From Azolla caroliniana (taxonomy: Eukaryota > Plantae > Polypodiophyta), in assembly GCA_043228905.1 (NCBI GenBank), contig JBHGNT010000007.1, positions 2,480,001 through 2,544,000 of the forward strand: DNA of 64,000 bases, given 5' to 3'. The stretch's first letter is position 1, and each line of letters opens with the position of its first letter. The translations under genes were made by a program, and so were the position numbers. Positions 1 to 12,712 of this stretch are shown piece by piece. Under the pieces are notes generated by a model. It did not search any database, was not told where the DNA came from, and was given only the letters and a program-made list of their open reading frames with translations.

Positions 1-53
1 TTGGTAATATTATCAAATTGAACATGGCTATATTGGCTATTTATGACGATCAG

Positions 54-3000
54 GTATCCACATCAAGGCTTTTGGCAAGACTGATTTGGGCACTTGGAGA
101 GCATTTTGACTTGCATGGTCTGGATCCCCTTCTTGCAGATGATCCTGAAGATCCTCTCAACATAGTTGTTGCAAATGTTCACAAAGTGCTTTTCAATGGC
201 GATTCACCATTGAATGTATCAACAAACAGGCTTCAGGATGTCCAAGCAGTATTACTGTGTGCTCAACATCTTGGTTCACGGTATCCTAGAGCTGCGCAGC
301 TATTCACAAAGGAATTAGAAGATTTTCGCAATAGCACTTTCTCTGACTCCGTCAGCAAGCATCAATGTCGTCTGATCTTACAGATATTTCAGCATACTTT
401 AAAGCACCCGGAGTCCAGGTTAGAATTTCTTCACCAGATTTGGGTTCCATGAGGTGTGGCTTACAATAGATTTCAGGCATATCAGACTGATGGACATCAG
501 TGGTCTATTCTACGCATTGGTTAAGCTCAGATATTAATTGATCTTATTTTATTAAGAAATAGTGCTAGTGAAGGGAGTTCAAAAGTTTCTTTTCACATAT
601 TCAGTGTTTTTTTCTCTTTTCAACATTAGGTGCTTGCAGTATAATAATAATTATTGCTGCTTGAAATTGTGTCCCTTGAAGTGTTTGTCGAGAAAAAGAT
701 TTGAGTTGATTCTAATGGAATATTCTTAATTTGAAACAGTGGGAATGCTAAAACTTTAGTGGTGGAACTGACTGAGGATTGGGATATGTTGTATAATGAG
801 AGAAAGAATATATTAATGTCTTTTAAAAGGCTAAAAGAAATATAGCTAGATTAATAATACTGCCTAGGGTAACAGGTACCCCTGTCTTCTGTGAAAGGAA
901 GATACATTACATATTTTAAGAGGCCAAAATGAGACCGAATAAGAGATTATATCTTAAACTAATGTCTCATTTTGGATAATAAACGAAAATAAATATAGCT
1001 AGATTAGTAAAACTTCCTACAATATAAGATGTTCCCATTAGCTAAGTACTTAACCTTGTGAGCTTAGATGAACTGAAATTCCAGTCTTGGAAAGATCAAT
1101 GTGCAGAGATCCAAGATGGAGAGGTCTCCAAAGTGAGGAAACAATCTTTGATGGCGTGTGGTGATAATACCTTGATTTGTTGATAACAAGGGTGACAGGG
1201 TTGTGGTTCAGATGGATGTAGTCTATGTGCTTGTCAAATTGCATTTGCCTGATCTATTGCAACCCCTTTGAAATGTTGGAGACAAGACCCTATTTTTGCA
1301 GCTGTCAATTTGGATACTAGCATGGAACTGTAAAATGAAAGAAAGGTTATACCACCTTCTCTGTGTAGCTGAAATGGCCTACGAGATAACAAACTGTACC
1401 AATCATGACATCAAGACTGTGTTAGGTGAACTAAAAACTACAAAATCATCTACTAAATAAATGACAAAGCTATCCTTGTGATAGGTACTGAACAAGGCTA
1501 TCAAAGAGGTGCATGATACAACATCCAACATAAGATTATTAATGACACAGTATATTAAGATGATTTACATAGGTCTTTGCATCATGTTAGGTATCTGTGC
1601 CTCATCATAGGATCACAGAAGTAGATCCTGAAAGTGAGTGATGATAGACTGAATCTGACTGTAATATCTGCCTCTCAAATCTCCTCTATGGTTTAATATA
1701 GAAATCTCAGTGGCTCTTTGGAGTCACACCTCAAACATGCTCATATTCCCAATGCATGTTGTAGAGGGATTTGAGAATACTAGTAGAACAATAGCTGAAA
1801 GGTGTGGAGGGTCAAAATAGTCGGTGACTAACTGCTGTGTGTTACGGGCATGACCATATAATATCCTGTGGTAAGATTTTACCGTAGTATTCTATACACA
1901 TGGATATAAAGTGTGAGGGTTAAACAAGAGTGTAAAGAAGGGAAGGATTACTTTTAATCCTTGGGATTGAGACAACCCTTTAAGGCCAAGTGTGAACTTG
2001 CTCGGGGGCCTTAGGTCTGGCTATAAATATGAGGCCTAGCTACCCTCATTTGACACATTATCAACTACGTTGAGACTCTGTCCTTGTGGTGGATCTTGTA
2101 GCGAGCGGGACAGTACCAGGTACGACTCGACGCCACGGCGGTGGTATGGGATGCTGATCGAGGCTCAAGTCCTTCTCGATCCCTTCGCTTGGGGTGGTTG
2201 GGTGGATTGGCACCCTTATTTCTCTCTCTCCTCTCTCCTGTCTTATCTATGTTATCCTTATCATATGCTTACATTAATAGCTAGTTGTAACATTGTGTAG
2301 GGCCTAGTATCTACTCTTTTAATTACTTTGACGATTGAAGAGCTCTAGCAGGAGTAGTCACAACTCTCTCTGTTCTGGGGCTCCCACAAGCTCTAGAAGG
2401 TGGACTGGTCATGGGGGAGGATGTGTCCTGAAGTCATGCGAAGTTGAGCATCTAAATGTGTAGTGTTCTATTTCTGACGCATCATGGCATAAGCGGCATT
2501 GTGAATCAACTGGCCTTTGTCAGTGCACTTGATGAAGGTATCGAGCTGTTTCCACCTGAAGCTGATGTAATGTACATAGGTGACCAGAGAGGTGTATGTC
2601 CATGTAATTTGATCGAACTAGAAAGCTACCAGTCATCAAGATCAGAATGGTCTGTAATAGAACATCATTTTCATTCCCAGAGGCTTCAGTGGTCGTTATC
2701 TCTGCACCATAAATTACTGCAAAATGGGACCTATATGTGAACAACCAAAACTTTTTCCACGGCTCTTGAAGTGAATGAAGCATGCTTCTTCCAAAGATCC
2801 TAAAGAAGCACATCTCTTTGTCAATATGATTTCAGTTGCTGTCATCATGTGGAACTAGACCTCACAAAAGTGACTGGTATGTGTGTGAAGTTACAATCTT
2901 GATGGCCTTAGCTATGTATGTAAACTCTAATACACTCCTGGTCATCCAAGTGTAAGAGGTGTTAAGATCATCACTTTGATCTTCCCTAGTTTCATTGTGA

Positions 3001-6000
3001 TCTCAATGGTAACAAAACTGCTGTAATGCATCAAGGTGGTGCTGGAGTCCTTGTGAGTCTGGTATGAGCACGAAGTCATTGCATATGGCAGAATAGAGAT
3101 CCACGTGTCACCTATTGTGCCCCTGGTTTCCCCACCCCTAGTCAAGGGTGTTTGATTAAATAATGAAAATGGGGAGCATTTAGGGAAATAGAGAGAAAGG
3201 TGGATATTGAGCATTCCTAATTTATGTATAAACCTCATCCATTGTCTTCTATTTTTTAAACGGGACTTTTTTTCAGTATTTTGGACAATAATCAGAGGTT
3301 CACATTGTACAATTGATTTGTCTACTTAACCCTTGCTGACAATGCACATTAATGTAGATTTCTATTTCAAGTACATCTCACAAACTTCAAAAGTAAGGGT
3401 GAAAGACATAACCATTATTGTTTTCATTGAACATAAGAGATTGAAGACGCTTGATTGCATACTACTTAATGAATCATAAGCACACTTTGCCATTTGGCAC
3501 CCTTTTAGTATCCATGAGTAAGTTCATGAGAATATATTTCTGTTTTGTGTTCCATAGGCCCATATTGAGATTTGAGTTCCACAGTTCCATATTGAGATTT
3601 GTATATGTGTGCAATAAGTACATTACCATGTTTCGAGTATTTCACTAAAGATTGGCAAGAATATTTGATTTTTCTTGGATATGAGATCTCTGATGTAGGG
3701 AGTTAACGATGAATCACCATGTATGTATTTAATAGCTATAGGCGTTTTATTAGAATGGAATTCTGAAGATATTATTCACATTTATTAATTGTAATTAGTG
3801 ACATGTAATGAACTGTATAATAGAAGCAGTTTTCTTTGTTCAAAATTCCGATTTCTGATTGAGTAATAAGCTAATGATTAAGCATAAAACATTTGACAGT
3901 TGGGTAGGGTCAGCAGGTGCAACAGGGGATTATCCATTCAGTCACCACAAACTCTCTGTGCAGTTTTTTGATGCATCTTCTGCACAAGACCGGAAAATTG
4001 AAGATCTTGTCCGCAAAGCTGTCCAAGAGCTTTGGAGGCCTGAGCCAAGTGAATTGTTTCTCCTGGTTACTAAGGGGGCTGATTCTTCACTCTTAAAATC
4101 ACCTCCAACGACTCGCACGTTATCTGCAAGCAGTGATCCATGTTATGTTGAAGCATATCACTTGATGGATCATGTTGATGGTCGCTTGACTCTTCATATG
4201 AAGGTTGATTGCAGTCCCTTTTTATTTGATAATTTGAGTTTCCTTTTTTCTGGCACAGATTGTTGAACTGGATTGTTCTATCAGTGCAAACATGATGAGC
4301 AGCCAGTGGAAAATAGTATCAAGATACAAAATATAGATAAGAAAATAAGCGTGAGGAATTAATATAATTTCTAATAAAGGATAGCTACTACAGATTCTAA
4401 TCAAGGTTAAAACCTACAAAAATCCCAATAAATGCTTTCTTTCTGCTTCTAGAGGAAATAAAACAATTCCAATTTCCATTAGAATCTGAATTTTATGCCC
4501 GATCATATGTTTATAAGCTCTTCATAATCACTTCCTTTTCATAAAGAAATTCACATTGGACATTTGTAATATCTAATGCTTTTCTTATTTATAGGTCTTG
4601 AATATGACTGAGCAAGAGATAAATCGGGTAGATGTACGCATTGGTCTGACTGGTGCATTACAGTTCATGGATGGGTCTCCACAAGCTGTTCGAAATCTTC
4701 AACATCTCCAATCTCAGGTTTGCACTTTCAACTTGTTGATCTTTACTAAACCCACGTGTCCAAAATCAAAGGAAGACTCCCTGCCATGATCCTTGGTTAA
4801 TTCTGATGTTTCTTACATTGTCTCAAAGTCATGCAATATAGAAAAGACTTTTTCTTATGAGCTGCCAATTTCGTATTGTTCCATTTCTTGTTGTTAAGAG
4901 ATCCAGATTAACATCATCATAAATTGTCTCTTTATGTGGGGATATCCCTCACTTTTTAACTGTAAATGTTTAAGTCTTTACAATCTGTATATTGAAAAGG
5001 GATACATTTGATTTGTCATCCAAATGGCTTCTGTTTGCTGATGCAGGAACCTACACATTGTAGCATAACTGTGACAGTATCACATTTTCAACGTTGTGCA
5101 TTGTGTGTGCAACTTATGTATTATCCATTTCATGGTGGTGCGAGTGTGGGTGATATGGATGATGCAGACTTTGCAGATGAGGATGGAGTGAGGCACAAAA
5201 GAACCTTAAAAGCCGATTATGGAGAACCAGCATTTCTGCGTTGTCAATCCTATTTAGTTCCGTTGACTGAGCTTTTGCTGCCACACAAATGCTCACCAGT
5301 TGAATTTTTGAGAATTTGGCCTAGTTTACCTGCTATATGTGAGTTTACTGGAGCTTATGTATATGAGGGCAGTGGATTCAAGGCAACCGCTGCGGTTGAG
5401 AGTGGTACACCTCCTTTCCTCATTGGCCTGAAAACTCTGGCGTCAAAACCAATTTTCCAAGTATCCTCACACATACTACGCACTGTGGCAGGATTTCAGG
5501 TATGGTTTGAGTTCATATTTTCCTTTAATATATGATCTTCTTTTTCAAGTCATGGCTTGGTTTTAAAGATACTAAAAATATAAAAAAACTGTTAGTGATT
5601 GATTGGATTAGAGATAAACGTTGGGTGGCATTTCTCAAAGAGTGATAAATGCGAAGTAAAAATTCAGACGAGATGATAAATAGGTCTCGTGTGATATAGA
5701 ACATGAAGGAAGACCACTGTTATGCTGGATTCTCCACTAAATATTAGACAAATCTTGGCATTATAAACACTTAATGCCGCCCAGACCCACGCGAAGAGAC
5801 AACAGACAGTCATTTCTCGAACATAAAACTTGAACACCCACTTGTGCAACTCCAATAAGATTATTAGGAAGGTATAAATTACAGAAGGAAGAATTCAACC
5901 AACAAAACCACAAGATGAATGTGCTTGATGATAACTGACTGACATGAGATCCTTTAACTGGATGGCCTCTGCTTTGCGATGAACTATATGTTTGTTTTAC

Positions 6001-7114
6001 CTATGCATTTGTGCTCAAGTTAATACCGTGTCTATAATAATTCATGACATTGAATGATCTCTTCTGCTGTTTGTTATTGCTACACTCTGCTCTGCGTTGT
6101 CTCTCATAGTAGATTCCAAAGGGCTGAAACATCTGTATTTTTTTTTGGTAAAACTGTTGTGTTATTATATGGAACTAAGATACTTAACAAAAGACCACAG
6201 ACTACACATAAGATATTACTCAAAGATGCAATTTTTACGCTGGGGCTACGATGTTCAGATATGATACACCATCGAATAACTAGAAAGGACCTCCTCATGT
6301 GACAAAAAACAAGAAAAATGGTGGACTTACTTCCGTGTCAAAAACCTAGAAAAGTGATGGGCTGAGAGCTTGAACATCTCTCTCAATTGCTCAACCCACG
6401 ACTGTTCAATGGCTATTTTCTCTTCTTTCCTGCTATCCTCTGTCCATTCTCATGCCATAATAGCTTGAACAAAAAATATCTAACCCCAAAACCCTAAACA
6501 ATATTTTATGAGTATTGAAGAAGTAGATGATCCAATTAAGGGTGTGTATTGGGAATAGCCTTAAAAAGTGTTGGGTTCTGCCATTTTGCCTTTTCCAGAT
6601 GTGTTATGCTGCGAAGACCTGGCATGGAGACTTCTTAGGAATGGTCATATTTGGTGCTAGTGAGATGAGCAGGAATGTTGACTTTGGGGATGAGACAACC
6701 ACCATGGTTTGCAAGTTTGTTCTTCGAGCATCATCCGCATCAATACTGAACGAGATTACATCAGATTTGCAGCAGTGGCTGGATGATCTGACAGATGGGG
6801 CTGTAGCATATATTACCGAGGAAGAAGTTCAACAAGCAGCAGCTGAAAAACTGAAGAGATCAATGGAGCAAATGGAAGTGTTTAAAGCTGCAGCTTCTGT
6901 AAGGCCACCACCACCACCAGCCAAAGAAGAAGAAGAAGATGAAGAACCATCACCTGAAGATGGTGATGGAAAGACGGAAAAACCAAAAGTTCCTAAAGAA
7001 CCATCGACGCTTACGACATTTAGTGCTGAAGAGATCGAGCATCGTGCATTGCAAGCTGCAATTCTACAAGAATGGGAAGTCTTTCGCACAAACCAATCTT
7101 CTATTAAATTATAA
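54..7114 (+). CDS. TPLATE: TPLATE, large subunit of the TPLATE/TSET endocytic adaptor complex; 3' part only (5' exons lie upstream of the window)
   Basis: Exons 54-418, 3900-4203, 4595-4717, 5047-5499, 6599-7114 joined at GT-AG sites give 1761 nt in frame ending TAA. Peptides LARLIWALGEHFDLHGLDPLLADDPEDPLNI, GDYPFSHHKLSVQFFD, SSDPCYVEAYHL, LTELLLPHKCSPVEFLRIWPSLP, CYAAKTWHG, DFGDETTTMVCKFV, the acidic stretch and EHRALQAAILQEW match Arabidopsis TPLATE as I recall it. Confidence 0.95.
1050..3130 (-). mobile_element. Decayed Ty1/copia retrotransposon internal region (protease/integrase remnants) in a TPLATE intron
   Basis: Minus-strand, frameshifted peptides SRAVEKVLVVHI..GP, LDDW...ITWTY and FIKCTDKGQ (2500-2770) resemble copia integrase motifs (RAxExLELVHxDxxGP, DDxSRxTWxY, IKxLRTDNGGEF). 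A protease-like GDTW segment near 3110 lies upstream of them, as in copia order. Boundaries approximate. Confidence 0.5.
1840..2292 (+). mobile_element. Solo LTR (453 bp) nested in the copia remnant
   Basis: Termini TGTTAC (1840-1845) and GTAACA (2287-2292) form a perfect TG...CA inverted repeat. Flanks CTGTG / TTGTG are a 4-of-5 target-site duplication. Internal CTATAAATA at 2021. Confidence 0.75.
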
Positions 7115-7719
7115 GTACTTTGGAAACACACGTGTCATTTTCTTGTGGGTAGGGAAGGCTATTTTTTGTTTGCCGAGCTTTTTTTCTTAAGGTTCATTTT
7201 TTGGTTTCCTCCATACAGTTAACATGCTTCATTCTTATTCAAAAACAAGAGTAGAGACTCTTTCATCGTGCAGTTTGATCTGGGGATTTCCCGTTTCTTT
7301 TGAGATGAGGAAATCATGAAAAAAGCAAAAGCAAATACTATTGCTTTCCCTGGTTTAAGAACTAATGCATGTCTCCATAATTCTTGACTTCATTGAGTAA
7401 AACATCAACATATTTTGACAAAGAAGCTTCCCTACCTTTGCCAAATGGTGGATATGAATATAGCTTGGCATCTATAGGATTAAAAACAAAGAAATAATGG
7501 AGGATGCACCTCAAACCCTCTGCAAAAACAGGCATGTTTATTAGTTGGTTATTGGTCATGTGATTGTCTAGGGATACATGTAACAAAAAATAAGCCATGT
7601 ATAATCATCCTAATTATATTAATCAGAAACACACCTACACGTCATGAATATAACAAGTATGTAGAAGTAAATACTTCTATATTAAAACACTTGTCGATGG
7701 AGAAAGTAAATGCATTCAA

Positions 7720-8330
7720 GTTGTAATGAGGTATTGTTCTTGTGTAGATGTGTCTAGAAAATTCTCAACATTAAGATCACCAATCTGACCAATTTGGAGC
7801 CTCAACAAAACAACTTGTTAGCAATATAAAAAATTTGGGTATAGTTAAAACTTAAAACAATTGCATATCATTCTTGCTAACTTCAAGGACTCTAATATGT
7901 GTAGTCATTGCTTTCTATTTGCAAGTTCTAATACCAATCTCTTCAAGTCTAATGTAGTTAGATTTAGTAGCTCCTAACTAATATGTATGATCAATTACTT
8001 CCCTTTGAGTTTTCTCTCTTGTTGCTTTGTATGTTAATTTTCTTGGCATAAAATCCATGCTGCATCTACAATAATTGTTGGTTCTAACCTTAACAAACCT
8101 CTTTTCATTATTTTTGGCATGAATCATTCTATGCCTTATCCATCTTCCTCTACAAAGGGTGTTCAATATATGAATGTTGAAGTTCTACCCTAACAAGTCA
8201 TTCATCACCATTTTTCTTCTTCCATATAGTATCAACAAATGAGCCTTCATATTCCCTCACCCCAATAGGAACATATTACCTTTGTAGGATCACTAAATGG
8301 TCTTTGTCTTCCACTTCTACCCATCATGTC
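7720..8330 (-). mobile_element. Highly degenerate LINE (RTE-like) reverse transcriptase remnant
   Basis: Minus-strand DFMPRKLT...REK...ID resembles RTE-type GFMPGRST...REK...FIDLEKAYD, and the upstream MMGRSG..P..WGEGI resembles the KAxGPD..WKxLGxEGI region. Many stops. Confidence 0.3.
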
Positions 8331-11300
8331 CTTCGATTAAACTCTTCATGTATCTTAACCACTAATGGGATGCGATTGCTTGGTTGCATGCTGACCCTTA
8401 ACTATGTTATTAGATTTTTAGTGCTGAATTCACATGTCAACTATTTTAACACCCCTTAATGGCTTTAAACTCAAATTTAGGACCTTTCATTACACAATCC
8501 ACAAAACCAATCACATTTACACGTTTTAGTTCTATGCATAAAGTTGTATTGAATGTATAAAGGCAAATGATTTATTCCCTTTTTGGGCATGAAGTGGTTT
8601 GTGGACGTTTCTCTAATGGTAGATGAACATTTAAATGAATTCAAGTTTGTGCTTGTCGTCCTAAGATTTTACCCAATGTATTAAAATGCTTCATGCAACC
8701 AAAATGTTCCTAACCTTCATTAAGTGTGATCTTGCAAATGAATTTTATATTTAAATCCATTTCGCATGTGATCTTACAAATGAAGTTTATATTTCAACCC
8801 ATTTTGCACTGTCCTAAGATATTGTGTCTGTTTTGTAATTTGATTCTCTTGAAAATAAGCAAAGTAGTATAAAAGGTTGAATGGTGTTGATGAGATTGAT
8901 CTGATCTTGAAAACCAATAAATGATATGAATAAAGATGCTCATAATAATTTATTTGTAAATTTTAGTTACATAACTTTAAGATCGTACGCTTTAAGTTTT
9001 TTGAGCACTCTTATTTGCCAGATTCATCGAATGCTACAAGGTGTAAATTCCAAAGCTTAGAACATTACTACATATAATAGAACATTTGCAATATGTTTCC
9101 TCTAGTGCCACACGAAAATTTCCCGTTGTACCGAACTACAACCATTCTCTACCAATGTAGGAAGAAGGGTAACATGCTTTCCACTTGTTCTTTACCTTTG
9201 CATAAAAAACATGTTTTTCATTTGTTATTTATATCTGCATAAAGAGCACTTACTCCAATGTTGACCACGAACATTGTAATATTTACAATTAATCTCGTCA
9301 ATGCATAGTTTCAATAACTCGAATCATCACATCAGTGAGAGTCTATAAGTTTGTAGTCCAAGTGAAAGACATGGAGGCATGTCAATCAAAGATTGGAATT
9401 GACGTAAGCATTATATAAAAGACAAACAAAAGCAAAGTTCTAGTTGGGCTGTGGGCACACAACATTTTGTTTAAATAGTTTAAGAGAAAGAATGTAGACA
9501 CAATTCAAGCTACCTACGAAGGATATGCTCAAGACATGCACATGTAGATAATTGGGACTATAATGGAAGGGACATCAAATTGTGGTACTACTACTTCCAC
9601 ATAAACTCAACACATTGGAGGCCTCAAAAGCAAATGTAGCAAGGTATCCAACCACATCTTGTCATACCCATACCATTGAAAGTGAGATGAACTATCCATC
9701 TCTTTCGTGTTGGTAGGCATGATTAAGAACCCAAGATCACAACTGCAACTAGAGCATATTACATATTGATGAACACCTTGTCCCAATCATATGAGGATGA
9801 GCAATGCTTCGTAAATGTGAAGCATGCATCGTCATGAAAACATATTTTCAACCACCAATCACCAAATGCATCAACTTTACACAACTTCTCCAAGTTGGTG
9901 AAATGGCACATATATATCACCTTACTTGATTATAGGACCAATCAATATCTATTAGAAAACCATGAACCATGCATGTTTTACACCCTCTATATAAGCAAAT
10001 GGGGTTCTCTCTATAACTATTTTACTGGGCCCTTTAGCTATATTGTAGAACTCTTGAGGGCATCTATTTATCATCATCACTCTTTTTTTGTATATATGTA
10101 TACATACATTTACATTCTTTCATATCTAACGAAAATAAATTGAATTGTGGTTGATCAAAATACTGAAATGCCTTGACAAATGAGTCATGCTCTCAAATAT
10201 GGATGGCTTGGTGGGGAATTGGAATTTAAAAAAAGTATTGTATTCTTTTCTATAAAATCATCGGTTTTCTTGAGAAACCCACATGCCATAAAAAATATAA
10301 AAGGACATCAAAACACCACTATTATGGGTGAGAGTTTATATCGTGATTAGACAACAAAGGCTGGGTATCTCATGCATTATAAGTAAAATAAAAGGTATGG
10401 TATAGACATAAATCTACATCAAAGCAACAATGAGAGGATCATTATTTGGCAATCATGTATATGACCCTCTTATGATCAGTTTTTTGATAACATGATTATG
10501 GTTGAATAAAGAATTATCGGATTGAACCTTGTCACAATCACGACTTTACACACATGATGTGACAAACCTTCACATCGACTTTTTGGAATGCTAACAAAGC
10601 AAGAACAAAAGCTCTAAAAATGCATGAAAGAAAAACTCTTGGTGCCAAGATCATTGCAAGACATCGATAAGTGCTCCAAAAAATGGAAAGTAATACATCT
10701 CTTTGATGACATGTAAATAGATCCTACAATGAATATGATATTTTTGGAAGGCATAATGTGTCACAATATGGAAGAATGTGAAGCTTTTGATTATGAGCAA
10801 CCAATAAACCATCTTCAACCCATGCGTCATGATGTGGGAGAATCCCCCTTACTCAAAATTTGTCCTATCCCTTTCATTCGTTTTAGAGCTCATTCTCTCT
10901 TATAGTAGACAAGTTGTTGGGGTATTGATGAGTAATCTAATTGGTTTTGTATGTTATGGCCTCAAAATTTTGATTATTCATGTTATAACTTACTCCCTCA
11001 AATACGTTTGCGAGTTTTGAGTAATGATAATCTACTTGAATGCTCAACCTTTGAACACATTATATAACATGCTTCCCCTCATTTTCAAGAATATTATGCA
11101 CCTTTGTGTATGAACCTAATGTGGATTCTAGTGTAGCATTGAAATCACTACTCAATTTCACGCATGATACATTTGAAGCATTTCCTTGAACTTTGAGAAG
11201 ATTTATAGAATTATTGTTTTTTCGTTCCTATTTCAAATCTCGTGGATGCACAACTTTACAAAGTGTAGGAGTTGAACATGTGACCATTTGGTCTCCATTG

Positions 11301-11505
11301 GACAACATTATCCTTTATATCATTATCCATTGAGTTGGGCAAACATCTGACTTTCCTATCTCCACCAAACAACCCTAACAAATGAGATTTTCTACAATAT
11401 TGATCTTTTTTTATTTTTTTCCAAAAAATTGATACTATATGTATTAGTATTAGAAAACGCCATAAGGCTAAACATACAAGATATCCATAGATCCCCTATA
11501 TTTTT

Positions 11506-11886
11506 CTAAATTCTAACCATCGGCTTAAATAAATACTTTGGTGTTGAGTAAAACCACTCCACCTGATCAAAAAGCCATCTATAAAATATACTTATGTCCC
11601 ATATGGCATGAAACTCCAAACCCTTAAGCTCCGCTTGGTGCGTATTACCTTTTATACTATCCAACAACCCTCTGATATTATGCACAATATCTATCCAAAT
11701 TCCCGAAATTATTTGGGCAGGTCTTTCAGTCACATTTTGAAATACCTTCAAACATCGAGCCTTCCAAATATACAATATTGATCTTATGGTAAAATAAGCC
11801 CACTGAGTTGTTATTAGATGATATAAAGGTAAAGGCAACTCCATTGAGGGAAAAAGCCCACAAAACTCTATGATGAAAATTTTCAC
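11506..11886 (-). mobile_element. 5'-truncated L1-type LINE ORF2 C-terminus
   Basis: Open frame ILYIWKARCLKVFQ...IISGIWIDIVHNIRG...EFHAIW...WFYSTPKYLF has the Trp-spaced (W)xIWKARCxxVF signature of the plant L1 ORF2 tail. Confidence 0.6.
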
Positions 11887-12624
11887 ATCAAATTTCCTTT
11901 AAGCTTATGTTGTGTATGTGAACTCCATGCATATAAAAAAACAATAACCCATTTGCGCTCAAATAGTACCATAGAGCCGAATTCCTTAGGTAGTCAAACA
12001 CTAATATATATGGACAATGAGGGTAGAGCTATGAGACCTTGAACCATAGTCCACTAAAATCATAACAAATTTATCTCAACTAATGATGCACTAATGTGGA
12101 CAAAGGCAAAGAGGTCTTCACCTCTTTTTGGGGAGAGAATAAAGTGGAGATATCGTCCACTAAGGTGGATGATGGTTATGTTTTCATGTATGAGTTCTTT
12201 GTAGCCTTTGGGCATCTTTCCATTAATACCAAGGTGAATCTTCACACAAAAAAAGAATTTGTGTAACATAACTGTTACAACCAATATGGTTGTAACAACT
12301 AGGCACATAAGGAATTTATACATGACATTGTATTTGTACCGAATATGGCAAAGTTTGAGAGCCACCAACCAAAAGTCTATTTTCCATCAATACCCGTCAA
12401 AGAACACTTTTGCATAGAATGGAATATGAGATTGTCGTCCCACATCCGTTACCTGGTATCACCATTTTACAATTTGGAATGTGTGGAAAGGCAATAAAAT
12501 AGACAAAGCAAATAATGTTCACCAAATACAATCATGTCTAGGAGGTTGAGAACTCAAGTTCAATCTTTGTCATGGGATAGGTCCCGTGTAATAGATCACA
12601 ACCAATTTCCCATCGATGTTCAAA

Positions 12625-12628
<4 letters not shown>

Positions 12629-12707
<79 letters not shown>
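12629..12707. repeat. Compound (CT)n(CA)n microsatellite
   Basis: Directly visible. Confidence 0.95.

Positions 12708-12712
<5 letters not shown>

Noticed and set aside
12437-12447. GTCCCACATCC, similar to the plant snRNA USE promoter element
   Set aside because: No correctly spaced TATA box or snRNA sequence downstream; the motif is also common in LTRs.
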